DNA of 63,110 nt, the filler included, from Octopus bimaculoides (lineage: Eukaryota): assembly GCF_001194135.2 (NCBI RefSeq). It is 4 parts of 4 records of this genome, joined end to end, with 100 filler letters (N's around TTAATTAATTAA, not from the genome) between each part and the next. Parts side by side here need not be neighbours in the genome. Positions count along the whole stretch, not along the records: positions 36,966 to 47,335 come from NC_068983.1; positions 47,436 to 63,110 come from NC_068997.1; 2 more parts are not named here. One strand, 5' to 3'. Of the stretch, positions 39,977 to 52,484 are shown piece after piece. Under the pieces are notes generated by a model that saw only the letters and a list, made by a program, of their open reading frames with translations, made no database searches and was not told the DNA's origin. The translations under genes were made by a program, and so were the position numbers. Within the stretch, counting starts at the first letter, position 1. Every line of letters starts with the position of its first letter.

Positions 39977-41779
39977 CAGAAAATATGAAGTCATCAGTCA
40001 AGATTTAATAGTGCTGAAAAATGGCCGATATTATGATAACCGACTTAAGATTTTCCAGTATTAATTATATTTAACAAACATTTAATTGTTTTAAAAATTT
40101 ACTCTATAAATTGTTTTTAAAGTTAAATCACCTTGTGAGTAATAATTATATTAAAATATTTTGTAAGTAATATTCTAATAATGGGTTGTCTTTTAAAATT
40201 TAAGCTATACAAATATAATTTTATATTTCCATCAGCATTTTATATGTTTAGTCACATATCCTCTTAAATCGGTATGACTTTATCAAAATAATTAAAACTA
40301 TGTTTCCTCATTAATATGAAAAGAACTTTCCCGATATATACTCGAAATATTAAATAACCTATGCACAACGATACAATATCTTCGCTTTTGTTTTATTTAC
40401 TAATATCACGTTACATGTTTCGTCTAATGTCTAATGTTTCAACGACATTGCTCATAGGTATTTTAAAACAATCTGTACATTGCAATGCTTCAAGAAAAGG
40501 CTCTTTTAACAATCTTCAGTGTTTTCGTCCTTAAGAAATGTTGAGTGACCACAAAGGAAACATCGTGTTGAATCATATATATACATGTGGGTGATGATGG
40601 AGGTTTGTTTGCTTATATACGCTTATGTTTGTGATGATGAAGATGATGGTTTGCTGGTAAGCATATCAGTTAGGAAGATTGTTTTGAATGACTCGTTTGG
40701 TAACATATTTTTAGTTCGAATCTAATTAAAGGAATAACTTTCTTTCGCTTATTTCTGGTTCAGATATTGCACCATATGCCCATGTGAGCAAATAAAGATA
40801 TTACAACATGTTTCCATGTGAAGATATTGATGTTGTCATTCTTGTCACAATACGACCTCACTTCGCCTATATCCTTTATATATTGTTGCATGTTATTAAA
40901 ATACTTTTATAGACTGCTTATGACATCAACTCCACACTTTGTTTTAGTACAGAAATATATAATTCTTTTATTTAGTCCCTTTTGAATACCGAACACAAGA
41001 CTATAGCTCTTCTCTATATTTTCTTAATGTACTCTGAAATTAAGTTGTTCAATCGAGATTTAGTGACTATGAATTTTTGCTACCTTATAGATTCATGCGA
41101 GATACTTTTCTAAAAATGAAAATGGAATTAGCGAGCGGACCTTGGTTATCACTTTGGTGACTCCGTACTCGCGACTGGAGATGAACCAACCAGCTCGGAA
41201 CTTCGACAAGCATAATTTTCAACCAATGAATGAGTCCTATCAAATTAAGTTTTCTTTACTCGCAAATTACTGCTAAAAGAACTTTCTTACAAACTAACTC
41301 CAATTTATTTTGATTCAATAATACTTTGCTAAAACGCTTTTTACTACACTATCAATAGCTCGGGGATTAACTTGACACTCTTACTGTTATTGTTGTTGAT
41401 GATAAATATTATAGTAATATTTCTGATATGTTTATAATTGTGCTCCCTGGAATCTTATAATTTAATTGGTGGAAAGTAATGTACATCGTGCACCCAGTGT
41501 ATTCAGTAACATGTAACACAAGGCTCTTGCTGAAAAAATATTCGATCGTACAATAATAATAAAGAATGATCTTCTATAAAGTTATATGACTCTAAATCCA
41601 GTAACTTAAAGCTGGTGTGCAGTGCAGAAACTAATGTTGATATATTCCATATTATTTTTGTATTAATCTTATGCATAAAGAGTTCCGCATGTGTATGCAA
41701 CCCTGGAATCTACCCTACTGTAAGATAACATGTGGTAACCAAATAACAGCATAAGAACTCTGAAATCACGTTACGAGGT

Positions 41780-42400
41780 TTTAAACCAAATTATACTCAG
41801 TATATATATATTTAGTACAATGTACGTATCTATGTATGAGTTAATAGTCCATACAAAAAGGAACACTCCATTTAATATTCTTTTCCTACACTAGGCGCAA
41901 GGCTCGAAATTCCGGGGGAGAGAGCAAGTCGATTAGATCGACACCGGTACACAACTGGTACTTAATTTATCTACCTCGAAAGGATGAAAGGCAAAGTCGA
42001 CCTCGGCGTAATTTGAGCTCCGAACGTGGAGACAGACGAAATACCGTTAAGCATTTCGCCCGGCGTGTTAACGTTTCCGCCAGCTTGTCGCCTTACACAT
42101 CATTTGATATGGCAAGGCACATATGTTCAATGGTCACAGATACTGTTAGACAAGAGAAACGACTGACGGAACTTAATATATTCTTCCAGGAACAAAAAAT
42201 ATCCCAACAAATTAATTCAACTTGATGCAACAAAAGGAAAGGAAATCCTTATCTCTACTTTACGGTAAAACACTCAGGCTAGGTGTGAAAATAAAAATAC
42301 AAATATTCCATTTGTAGTCAGCCACAATCCTAGAAACCACAACGTCCTGCACGCCTGCACTCGGCCAAATGGTACCTCTCAATTCTACATCAATCACTAA
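41780..42400 (+). mobile_element. Penelope-like (Neptune-type) RT-thumb remnant interrupted by a SINE
   Basis: FKPNYTQY / HTKRNTPFN on the left of the SINE. On the right, SFDMARHICSMV...RLTEL...Q(K)YPNKLI...LR and IPFVVSHNPRN. This matches the pattern YKPTD..QYL..HTKRNIPFNLARRICTIV..RL.EL..YP..LI..IPFV.T.NP. Confidence 0.6.
41878..42094 (-). mobile_element. SINE family C
   Basis: Matches the reverse complement of aaggcg.c.agctggcggaaacgttaacacgccgggcgaaatgc...gaggtcgactttgcctttcatcctttcg. Confidence 0.85.
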
Positions 42401-42483
42401 ATCTCCAACGAATAATTTTTTTAAAAATCACAGATTCTCAGCAGTGGAAGACAACCACCCTTGAGTCACATCTATGCTTCTGC

Positions 42484-42521
<38 letters not shown>

Positions 42522-43173
42522 NNNNNNNNNNNNNNNNNNNNNNNNNNNNNNNNNNNNNNNNNNNNNNNNNNNNNNNNNNNNNNNNNNNNNNNNNNNNNNN
42601 NNNNNNNNNNNNNNNNNNNNNNNNNNNNNNNNNNNNNNNNNNNNNNNNNNNNNNNNNNNNNNNNNNNNNNNNNNNNNNNNNNNNNNNNNNNNNNNNNNNN
42701 NNNNNNNNNNNNNNNNNNNNNNNNNNNNNNNNNNNNNNNNNNNNNNNNNNNNNNNNNNNNNNNNNNNNNNNNNNNNNNNNNNNNNNNNNNNNNNNNNNNN
42801 NNNNNNNNNNNNNNNNNNNNNNNNNNNNNNNNNNNNNNNNNNNNNNNNNNNNNNNNNNNNNNNNNNNNNNNNNNNNNNNNNNNNNNNNNNNNNNNNNNNN
42901 NNNNNNNNNNNNNNNNNNNNNNNNNNNNNNNNNNNNNNNNNNNNNNNNNNNNNNNNNNNNNNNNNNNNNNNNNNNNNNNNNNNNNNNNNNNNNNNNNNNN
43001 NNNNNNNNNNNNNNNNNNNNNNNNNNNNNNNNNNNNNNNNNNNNNNNNNNNNNNNNNNNNNNNNNNNNNNNNNNNNNNNNNNNNNNNNNNNNNNNNNNNN
43101 NNNNNNNNNNNNNNNNNNNNNNNNNNNNNNNNNNNNNNNNNNNNNNNNNNNNNNNNNNNNNNNNNNNNNNNNN

Positions 43174-43217
<44 letters not shown>

Positions 43218-43481
43218 TGTGTTTATAGTGGTTTCTTTTTTTTTTTTAACAAAATAAGTAATCAGTTTGGTGACAGACAGGATTTGGTTTAATAATCACA
43301 AGTTTTAAATGTAAGCGGCAATAAGTTTCATGCTTCTGATAGTATAATGGTCGGACGAACTAGCTTAGCATACCGTGCATTATTACGCAGTCGTTCAGTC
43401 TCAAAATATACATAGATATACTTATATGTACAAAGGAATAGTCTTCGAAATATTGAATATGTTTTCAGATTATGATATTAA

Positions 43482-43736
43482 CTAATGAAATATAGATATC
43501 ATACATTTAAGGCAGTCCTTAGAGGTTTGTGTGCGAGGCTTTGGTTGCGAATGTAACACTTGATCAGCAAGTTTTGCGATGAGTTTATAGGAATAATTTA
43601 TGTCTTCAATGGTCGCCTGATATGCATGAACAACAAATCGAAGGAACACATTATCATCAATTTTGGAACATCCTATGTGAATTTCTCTGGTCAGGGTAAT
43701 CGATTTGATTAACTCTTCATTGATTTCATTACTCCC
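43482..43736 (-). CDS. DDC-like: Terminal coding exon of DDC/AADC-like paralog B
   Basis: ttacag acceptor, phase 0. Translates GSNEINEELIKSITLTREIHIGCSKIDDNVFLRFVVHAYQATIEDINYSYKLIAKLADQVL...SIFH*. Splices in frame to 46642-46743 across a 2905-bp GT-AG intron, giving FRLK|GSN as in DDC. Confidence 0.9.
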   Translation of the reverse strand, partial: GSNEINEELIKSITLTREIHIGCSKIDDNVFLRFVVHAYQATIEDINYSYKLIAKLADQVLHSQPKPRTQTSKDCLKCMISIFH

Positions 43737-44479
43737 CTGTAATAAATACAATAATAAGCAGATATAGCTCAATAAACAGATAATAAATGCTACGTAGTAA
43801 TAATAATTTATAAGAATAATGAAGGGCCGGTTACCCTGTTGCCATAGCATTTTACCAAATAACATTGAACGGAATGGAGTAACTTGAAATGAAGTGTCAA
43901 TAAGACAATTCAGTATCCGATGCTGGAATTGGAACCGCGATGTTGTGATGGTGATTGCAACACTCTGTCGCTAGGCTACAGGCTTCAACGTACATTTGGC
44001 AGGTACCTGATTAAATCTATGTCCTTATTAAATGGTGCCAATGCTTTGAAGCAAGAAATATTAAAGGTAATGTTCTGAATACTGTGTTCTGAATACAAAC
44101 TTTTTGTTAGAGCTTGTACTAAAAGGAAGGAAATAAATATGTTTATCTTCATCGAGTTGTTTACAGAATCCTTTTAGTTCGGTCTTGAACTCTTTCCTTT
44201 GTTCAAAGAATCATTGATGTTTTTTTTTTTATACCGACGGATTCTTTGTAAATTATTGGGAATGAATTATTAGAAAACTCCTTCGATTTCCGGTACATCA
44301 ATTATTTCATTCTGTATTTGCAATTCTCGCCTTTACCATTTTACTTCAGTGGAGTTGTTTCGTTATTCATTGACTGAAGAATAAAGAGATCCTTTCCATC
44401 TTTTTCTGAATATTTTTTCTTGCTGCTTCCTGGGATTTTGGATACTCTGTGAGTGGATTTCGTCAAGTGTCCAGTTTCC

Positions 44480-45725
44480 TTTGTCGCCAGTAGTAGTAGT
44501 CTTATTTGTATCACCTGCTTTCACTGCATGACCGAGCGCAGCTCTGTGTGCCTTGGATATGTGCTGTGCTCTGTTGTGATGCTCTTTTTTTTACTGTATT
44601 GAAATTGTTTTACGTAGGATGTGTGCGGTGCCTAGAGTTGCTATTTGCCGTATGTTATATATACTTGTAAGTCCTGTTGCTTTTGTAATGTATTTATCGG
44701 AATATTTTTTATCATACCTAAAGCACCTACTGTGATAGACATTGTTTCTGTTTTTAGACTCCACATTTGAGTTCTATTTCCAGGTTTTTGTATTTTGAAA
44801 GTTTATTCGTTCCTTTAAGAGAAACATCGCCATCTGTTGGTGTTGATACCTCTATTAGAAAGCATTTTTCTTGATGATCTCTGAAAACTATATCTGGCCT
44901 ATTGGCTTTAATTCTCGGTCTGTGTGTATTGACATATCCTAAAGTATGGTTGCTTTCTCATTTTCTGTGACCTTTTTCTGGCGTGTGTCTATACTATCTT
45001 TTTTCTGTTGTTATTCCATAGTGTTAGCATAGCTTCAAGTGTATATAGGTCCCAGCTCTGTCGTGTCTGGGAATATATTCCTTCTTAGCCAGGACTGGAC
45101 CGGTAGAGACAATATGGTTTATTGTTTCTTGTCCATCTCCACATATTCTGCAGTTACTTGTTATGTTTCTTTTCATTATATGTTTTTGGTAATTTCTGTC
45201 GGGAAGGCTCTGGTCTTGTGCAGCAATTAAAAATCCTTCAGTCTCTGTCATTTGAGTCCTGAGCTTCTCATACATTGTTTGGATTTTTCAGATGTTTTAC
45301 AGCTTTTGCTGTGATTTCTTATTATTTCGTAGTTATTAGGTAGTATGACTTCTTGTTTGTATACGTCAGCTTCCTTAAAGATTGAAAACAATTTTTTGTG
45401 TTGTACGTGTTTTGTGGCTATTTGTATTAGTTTTCCTTGCTTCTGAAGTAGGTATTTCGGTAGTCCTGTGGTGGTTATTTTGTAATAGTTTTCTTGTTGC
45501 ATAAGGCCTCTATCACTTTCTATACATTGTATATATAACCTTTCTATGTCAGATTTTGGATGGTGCACCCTAAATCTTGTCATTCTTCTTGTTTTCAAGT
45601 CTACTTTTATTAGTTTATTTAGAGTCCAGTTAAGAATATTGTAGCTGTAACGTAGAACTGGGACAGCTAGAGTGTTGATAACTATTATCTTTTTTTTTTT
45701 TGCATTGATCTCTGTTTTCAAGTGA
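44480..45725 (-). mobile_element. 3' half of an R4/Dong-clade LINE (post-RT region, CCHC knuckle, restriction-like endonuclease, 3' UTR)
   Basis: INTLAVPVLRYSY; HHPKSDIERLY; ETEGFLIAAQDQ; CRICGDGQETINHIV; RHD; NRPDIV; KLSKYKNL; VGALG; TAHILRK. Confidence 0.88.
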
Positions 45726-46104
45726 CAGCGTCCATCAAACTGACAGACAAGAACATCATACCCACATTGCACAACCCGAGAATTGGCAGAAAGCTTCAAC
45801 CTATCAAAATCCGTCCTTCATGAGCACCTGGTAAAACTTGGGTACACAAATCGCTACGATGTTTGGGTACCACATGAATTGAGTGAGAAGAACCTTTTGG
45901 ATCGCATTTCCATCTGTGATTCGCTTTATAAACGGAATGAAAACGCGCCTGTTTTAAAGCAAATTGTGACAGGTGATGAGAAATGGATTATCTTCCGAAA
46001 TGTTCAGAGAAAGCGATCCTGGAGTAAACGCTATGAGCCACCCTTAGGAGGGTCTTCACCCTAAAAAAGTCTTTCTTTGTGTCTGGTGGGACTGGAAAGG
46101 AATT
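45726..46104 (+). mobile_element. Mariner (DD34D) transposase fragment
   Basis: TTRELAES; WVPHEL; IVTGDEKWI; GLHPKKV.LCVWWDWKGILY. Confidence 0.9.
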
Positions 46105-46130
46105 CTGTATACATACACACATACACGTAT

Positions 46131-46363
46131 AAGGCGGCGAGCTGGCAGAAACGTTAGCACGCCGGGCGAAATGCTTAGCGGTATTTCGTCTACCGCTACG
46201 TTCTGAGTTCAAATTCCGCCGAGGTCGACTCTGCCTTTCATCCTTTCGGGGTCGATTAAATAAGTACCAGTTACGCACTGGGGTCGGTATAATCGACTTA
46301 ATCCACTTGTCTGTCCTTGTTTGTCCCCTCTGTGTGTAGCCCCTTGTGGGTAGTAAAGAAATA
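46131..46363 (+). mobile_element. SINE family C, full length
   Basis: tRNA-like head (agctggcagaaacg; gagttcaaattcc) and body ending gtagtaaagaaata. Confidence 0.85.
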
Positions 46364-46641
46364 ATACACACATACACGTATAATATGTATTTGCATCTAT
46401 ACATATCGAGCAATATTATTTTTACAATAAATTTGACTGTGTATTCACAGTAATGAGTCCCATAAACAAATGATCCGTTGTTACTCTCGATTTCTTTGGC
46501 GGTTAAAATTGTATTCGTTTTGTCATCTATTGAAGAATTTCCGAGCAAATATTTATAACATTTTTTCTGTTCCTATTTAATGAAGCTGGTATTACAAAAG
46601 AGCGAGACAATAACTGCGCGAATAAATAAAAAATTGTTTAC

Positions 46642-46743
46642 CTTCAGGCGAAAACACACAAGTGACATTAGATTCTCACCAATTAGTTCAAATCTTCCAT
46701 CCTTATCTATCAACTCCCTAAATATGTGGGCCAATTTTATATC
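46642..46743 (-). CDS. DDC-like: Penultimate coding exon (102 bp) of a DDC/AADC-like decarboxylase (paralog B)
   Basis: ttctcag acceptor and aag|gtaaac donor. The 34 codons DIKLAHIFRELIDKDGRFELIGENLMSLVCFRLK match DDC [34 protein letters not shown] in length, phase and the LVCFRLK motif. Confidence 0.9.
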
Positions 46744-46788
46744 CTGAGAAGAAACAAATATGAAACAAAAAATCAAATGATTTAATGA

Positions 46789-46915
46789 GATGAAGGCTGG
46801 AGGGAATATCAGCCGAAACGTTGTGTTAACAACAAACAAGATGAGGACAAATATCCGTCAAATGTAAATAATGTAAACAATGTACATAATTCCTCATCTC
46901 TTAAATATAGAACTG
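46789..46915 (+). mobile_element. 5'-truncated hammerhead-tail repeat
   Basis: gatgaaggctggagggaatatcagccgaaacgttgtgttaacaacaaacaagatgagg...aaatatagaactg. Confidence 0.8.
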
Positions 46916-47296
46916 GAAAACAATAGTATTTATACAAAACGACTCAACGCAATAGACGCAGTCTGAGAATTGTGGAGACCTTGCCTATCAACATGTCATC
47001 CTTATCAACAAACTGAGACCTGCTATACATAACAGAAGAGACAGACATGTTGCAAACTGGTAGCTATAGCAACAAAAGTCTGCGCATGTCACCATACTTC
47101 GCAACATTTTCAAAGCAACGATCATTTTCCATCACTCGCATGTCCACATATCCTGAAGAAGGGTTCATAACATGGAAATGTAGAATTACAAAGTAAACCT
47201 TCAACTTTGATTTGTTTTCTTTTTGTAATTTACTTAATATCGCATCTTGCACTGAGCCAGCTTTATCCAACAAGTTTCTATATGTATGTATGCATG

Positions 47297-47335
<39 letters not shown>

Positions 47336-47435
47336 NNNNNNNNNNNNNNNNNNNNNNNNNNNNNNNNNNNNNNNNNNNNTTAATTAATTAANNNNNNNNN
47401 NNNNNNNNNNNNNNNNNNNNNNNNNNNNNNNNNNN

Positions 47436-48360
47436 GGTGGTGGTGGTGGTGGTGGTGGTGGTGGTGGTGGTGGTTAATAGTAGTAAAAGTAGTAGTAGTA
47501 ATAGCAGTAGCGGTAGTATAAGTCGAAGTAGTTACAGTAGTAGTTGTACTGGTTACAACAACAACCGCAAAACATCGCAATATCGTCACACCTCCACCAT
47601 TCTCATGAACACAACGTCTAGCTTTCGCGGCCCGCTAGAAACAACAGCCGAATCTTTCTAAATTCACACTCCATCATCATCATCATCATCGTCATCATCA
47701 TCATCATCGTCAAGATGAGTATCAGGAAACAACAGTATTTTTATCATTACTACCACTACCACACCTACCATCATCATCATCACCAGCACCAGCATGCCAT
47801 TAGTAACACCATCACACCACCACCACCACATCATCATCGCCACCACCACCTCCATCACTACTACCACCACCACCTCCATCACTACTACCACCACAACAAC
47901 AACCACCACCATCAGCCACAGCCATCATCTTCATCATCACTACCACCCCCACCACTACCACCGCCATCACCAACACCATCATCATCTTGACCANNNNNNN
48001 NNNCAGCCACAGCCATCATCACTACCACCCCCACCACTACCACCGCCATCACCAACACCATCATCATCTTGACCATCATCATCATCAGCAGCAGCAGCAC
48101 CACCACCTTCACCACAGACATCATCATTATCATCATCATCATCATCACCATCATCATCACCATCACTACCACCACTACCTACCGCTAATATCACCGATAC
48201 CACCACCATCACTACCAAAACTACCACCTCCAACACAATCACGAACCACCACTATCGTCTTTCCCTTCATCCCCATCATAGTCACCATCTTAACAAGACC
48301 ACCATATTATCAAAACCATTAATATCATGACTAACACCACCAATATTTTCAAAGATACCA
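47436..48360. repeat. Compound trinucleotide low-complexity region (GGT, CAT, CAC, TAC)
   Basis: Read directly. Similar tracts lie at 12560-12900, 16130-16720, 54390-54880 and 55468-55774. Confidence 0.9.
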
Positions 48361-48827
48361 CCCATGATTCATCAGTCAACCAACGTTACAGCCGTAGCTA
48401 TTTCTTGTTTGTTTTTTTGCTTTTTCTTTTGTAAGCAAAGTATACCTAGGATTGCATTATCTAATATGTTTTGTCCTTTCAAGACAGCAGTGCATGATTT
48501 GAGGGATATTTGGTTGCCATTTGTTACCCGCTTGAGTAATCATATATTGGCCCACACGCTCCTAACTTAGGCAGAGACTGTAATACATGCAAAACATTCT
48601 GGTAGAAAAGAAATACAGGTAACATTAGAGTCATAACACTTGACTGATATACGTTTTTCGTCGTGTCACAATAGGCTTACATATTCCACTAAGCTAATTT
48701 ACGGTACTTTTCTCTAGATATCGCTTTCTGATCGGCACACCATTTAGCTACCTCAGCCACGTGGCGAACAGCCATTCACTTCTCCTACTACTCACTAATC
48801 ATTATCACCACACCACACTTACATGGC

Positions 48828-49100
48828 CAGGGGCGGATTAAGACCCGTAGAAGCCCCAAGCACTTAAAAAATTTTGGTGCCCCCATATATATATATATAT
48901 AAGATGGAAACACTATTTACATTTGAAAAGTTTTCTCCTACTTTTTTAATTGCAAAGGCTTTGATCTGATCCTCCCTACGATGCCATGAATATTTCAAAA
49001 TTATATTTCCGACCATATCAACGACTTCGAATATTATCTTAGCAAGTTGAAAGTGATTTCTTTTGTGCCGTAAACCATTTACCATTTCTGTGGTGCCCCT
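48828..49100. mobile_element. Possible hAT-family remnant
   Basis: One end reads caggggcggattaagacc. The - strand translation DQIKAFAIKKVG resembles the hAT C-terminal dimerisation tail. No second TIR was found. Confidence 0.35.
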
Positions 49101-49970
49101 CCCCTTCTGTTGATACTCTAATTACGTTCTTATTTTGCTTAATGGCTTATCCAGGGCTGCACATGGTAATAAACGAAACCAAAACAAAACACCACACACT
49201 TTAAAGAAAAGTAGACCCTCCTTCCTTTTTGCCATTCTCTCTCTCCCTCACGCTCTGTCTCCCTCTCTGTCTCTCTTTCTTCTCCCCCCCTCTCTCTCTC
49301 TCTTAATTTGTTATGCTTACAGGCATCGGTGATCCTAAACCTCCATGCCAGAAACTAAAGATTCATGATTTTCCTTTTTCTATGACAACACACAGCAATG
49401 GTGTTTCGTTGCCTTTTGCCAGTTTATTTTTAACTTACTTTGCCATTCTCTTGCACTTTTGAGCTTACTCTTAAGGCAGCCTATTTAACCCTTAGTCACG
49501 TGGATTGATTAACACGACTCAGGGCATGTCTACACGCAAAAGGGCTTGTGTGACACGTGTCTATGGAGCAAGATCTCCCCTCTGAGTCTTGTACGCCTTA
49601 ACCACAGAACGGTCTTCTGTTTATTTCAGTCATTACAAGGGCCACTAACAGGTACTACCACTCTGAACTAAAGCACACCTGGGATAACTCCTTATTGTCC
49701 AAAACTTCTGAACTCCCGAAGTGGTGCCTCACTGCCGGACGCAGTTTAATGAGTTTTTTCTCATTTTCAACAAAAGTCAGAATTAAATTTTACCGACTTC
49801 AACAAAAGCACAATCACCAACATTCATGTATATATTCGCGTATGTATGTATGCATGTATGTATGCATGTATGTATGTATGCATGCATGCATGCATGTATG
49901 TGTGTGACATGTGTGCATGTATGCTTATATCTATGCGTTTGTATATGTATGCATGTATATGTGCTTAGAT

Positions 49971-50027
<57 letters not shown>

Positions 50028-52484
50028 TAAATACATGAGTGCGCATATGTAGCTAAATATTTATAGCCAAATCATCACCCAACAAAAATACACGTCCCCA
50101 CAAAGTCATGTAAACTAATTTAATTCGAATAACAACTGTAACAGCTGATATGATAAAAATCAGACATCTTGTAACAAAGAGAAATATGGCTCACCTTCAA
50201 TAAGTATCAATAAGCTAAACAAGGAAATACCGAATACAACCTAGAAAAACGAAACTCCAACTATCAGTCATTTGTATGAAGACATTAAACCCGAGAACAA
50301 GCAGTAAAAATACACAAAGTAATTAGAATATTGCTCTCAGACCTGTGACAGTGTTGCTGCTGTACACATGACATCCTAGAACCCCATCTATTAAAAGTGC
50401 CGCCCGACTGATCGGCATAAAGTCTGGCTCCAAGAGTGTGCCGTGTGCTGTGTTCTCTCTTTGATGTTTTATTATTTTTTTTTTTTTACCGTTACTATAA
50501 TAACATTTACTCCTTGGAACTCGCTGGGCTCGGGCACCATCAGTGGATCAGGAATGCGCCTCTTGTCTATCCTCCTTTTCCTCCTCCTCTTTCCCACTTC
50601 TTTCTCCTCCGCCTCGCACCTCAAGCATTTCAAATCCAATCNNNNNNNNNNNNNNNNNNNNNNNNNNNNNNNNNNNNNNNNNNNNNNNNNNNNNNNNNNN
50701 NNNNNNNNNNNNNNNNNNNNNNNNNNNNNNNNNNNNNNNNNNNNNNNNNNCTCTTCTTGTGTCCAACTCTTCCTCTGATGCCTTGCACTGATCACTTCGA
50801 CATCTATGCCCAGCTCTCCTTTCCAAGAACGTCGCTCCCCCTGCAATTCCCCCCTCCCTTCTCATATCTTCACCGTGAACATCAACGTATAAAGGTGCAA
50901 GAGGAACATTAATGACATCAGTCTCGCAGGACCTAAAGAGCCTGCCTCTTTCTTTTGTTCCAACAAGTTACAAAAAGAACAATCTCGACATCAACAATGG
51001 TCATACCTCTTCACACACCACCATAGTAACTACAAATAACGTAACGACTCTCCAGCAGCAACAAACATATTTTGTTATCAAGCAGTTTCCCAAAAATCAA
51101 TTACTGGGACTTTAAAAAGCAAACCGACTGTGAGTACACTTCCAGCTCAACAATTACCTTGGAAACTCCTTCAATCAGCTGATCAACGGAGAAATCACGA
51201 CCCTAGGGATCCACTAAAGTCACAAATATACACCTAAAATACTCACAGAGACCGCAATGAATTGAGGTATGTTTTAGCTCTTATGTTTTAGCCATTATGT
51301 TTTAGTCTTTTCGTTACAATATTTCTGTTGAAATATATTTTGTTTGAATTGATTTTTAAAGTACTAAAATAACTGTTATTAACAATTTATGAGGTGCCCG
51401 CAGAACAGTGAAAATTCAAACAATAGTTTATTGTTTTAATATGTTCTATAGATTGTTGACTGCTGTTGTTTTTCGTCCACAGAAAACAGCTTCTCGCTTA
51501 GGCAATGTATGTTCATAACACACGCGATTCACTGGTGTAAAAGAAGTTCGAGACATTATGGTGTTTCGACGCCTTTCTGTCTCCCTAGTGGAAGCTATGC
51601 CACGGTTGGACGAATGAATCTCGTAAAAGCACAATCTCTTGTTTATAAGAACTAGCAAACAAACTATTTGTGATGCGAGTAGATGTCTGCCAAACAAATA
51701 ATTCATGAGGTGCATGCAGAATACCGAGAATTCAAACAATATCGTATCTATCATTCTTAATACGTTGCCAAATTCTAACGTAATAATCTGATCACTGTTG
51801 TTTTTTGCCACTGGAGAACACCTCTTCTTTTAGGCGGTGTGTGTTCATTACAGAAATACTCGCTCCTATTTTCCCTATATCTACCAAAGACACGGCCTTG
51901 ATGTCATTATCCTCTTTTGAACTCTCAAAGAATGGAGGATGATTATAGCAATAACAACAACAACAGAATCTTACATGCACAGGGGTGGCTCTAGGGCTAC
52001 TAGCATCTCGTCTAAGCAGCGCTTTGAGTCTCTTGGAAGTTAAACTACAAATATAAGAGTTAAAGTGTTCGCTACAATAATACAAGCTCCAACAAAGTTC
52101 GAATACAACGTCAAAGTTTCAAATCTTCCCATTTATTAAGCATCGTCTTCTCCCTCCATTTCCATACACACCAATAAAACATTTTAAAAATAAGCTTCAC
52201 TTCACTATTATTTTTATTCCATTTCTTTTCTATTTTCAAATTATTTACCTTTTGTATTGGGAAGATCCCAGACATCCCTTTAGCTCGTAGCGCCCCCACG
52301 GAAAGTCACCTGAGTTGCTGTTACCTTTAGCCGATTCTGTAACTTACATCGTCCGAACTACCAAAGACATCATTAAAACGTTTGTTTCCCTTCCCCGTTA
52401 CTTACTTATGAATAGAATACTCCATATCTTTCTTTAAGAAACAACTTAAATCCCGTCTGTCCGGCACCATGATACATGTAATTA

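Noticed and set aside
37393-45725. Idea that the two Dong fragments are halves of one element split by the inversion that made the decarboxylase pair
   Set aside because: They are on opposite strands and roughly complementary in coverage. However, a stretch of RT is missing between them, their degree of decay differs, and the paralogs are far more diverged than a recent inversion would allow.
47064-47273. Minus-strand ORF just upstream of the DDC-like exon, with a cttcttcag acceptor-like site
   Set aside because: No frame resembles the expected HWQIPLGRRFRSLKLWFV exon, and the open frame runs into a stop.
50860-51200. Possible APE-endonuclease remnant of a LINE (IFTVNINV; NYWDFKKAN)
   Set aside because: Only two short weak motifs with stops between them, too little to call.
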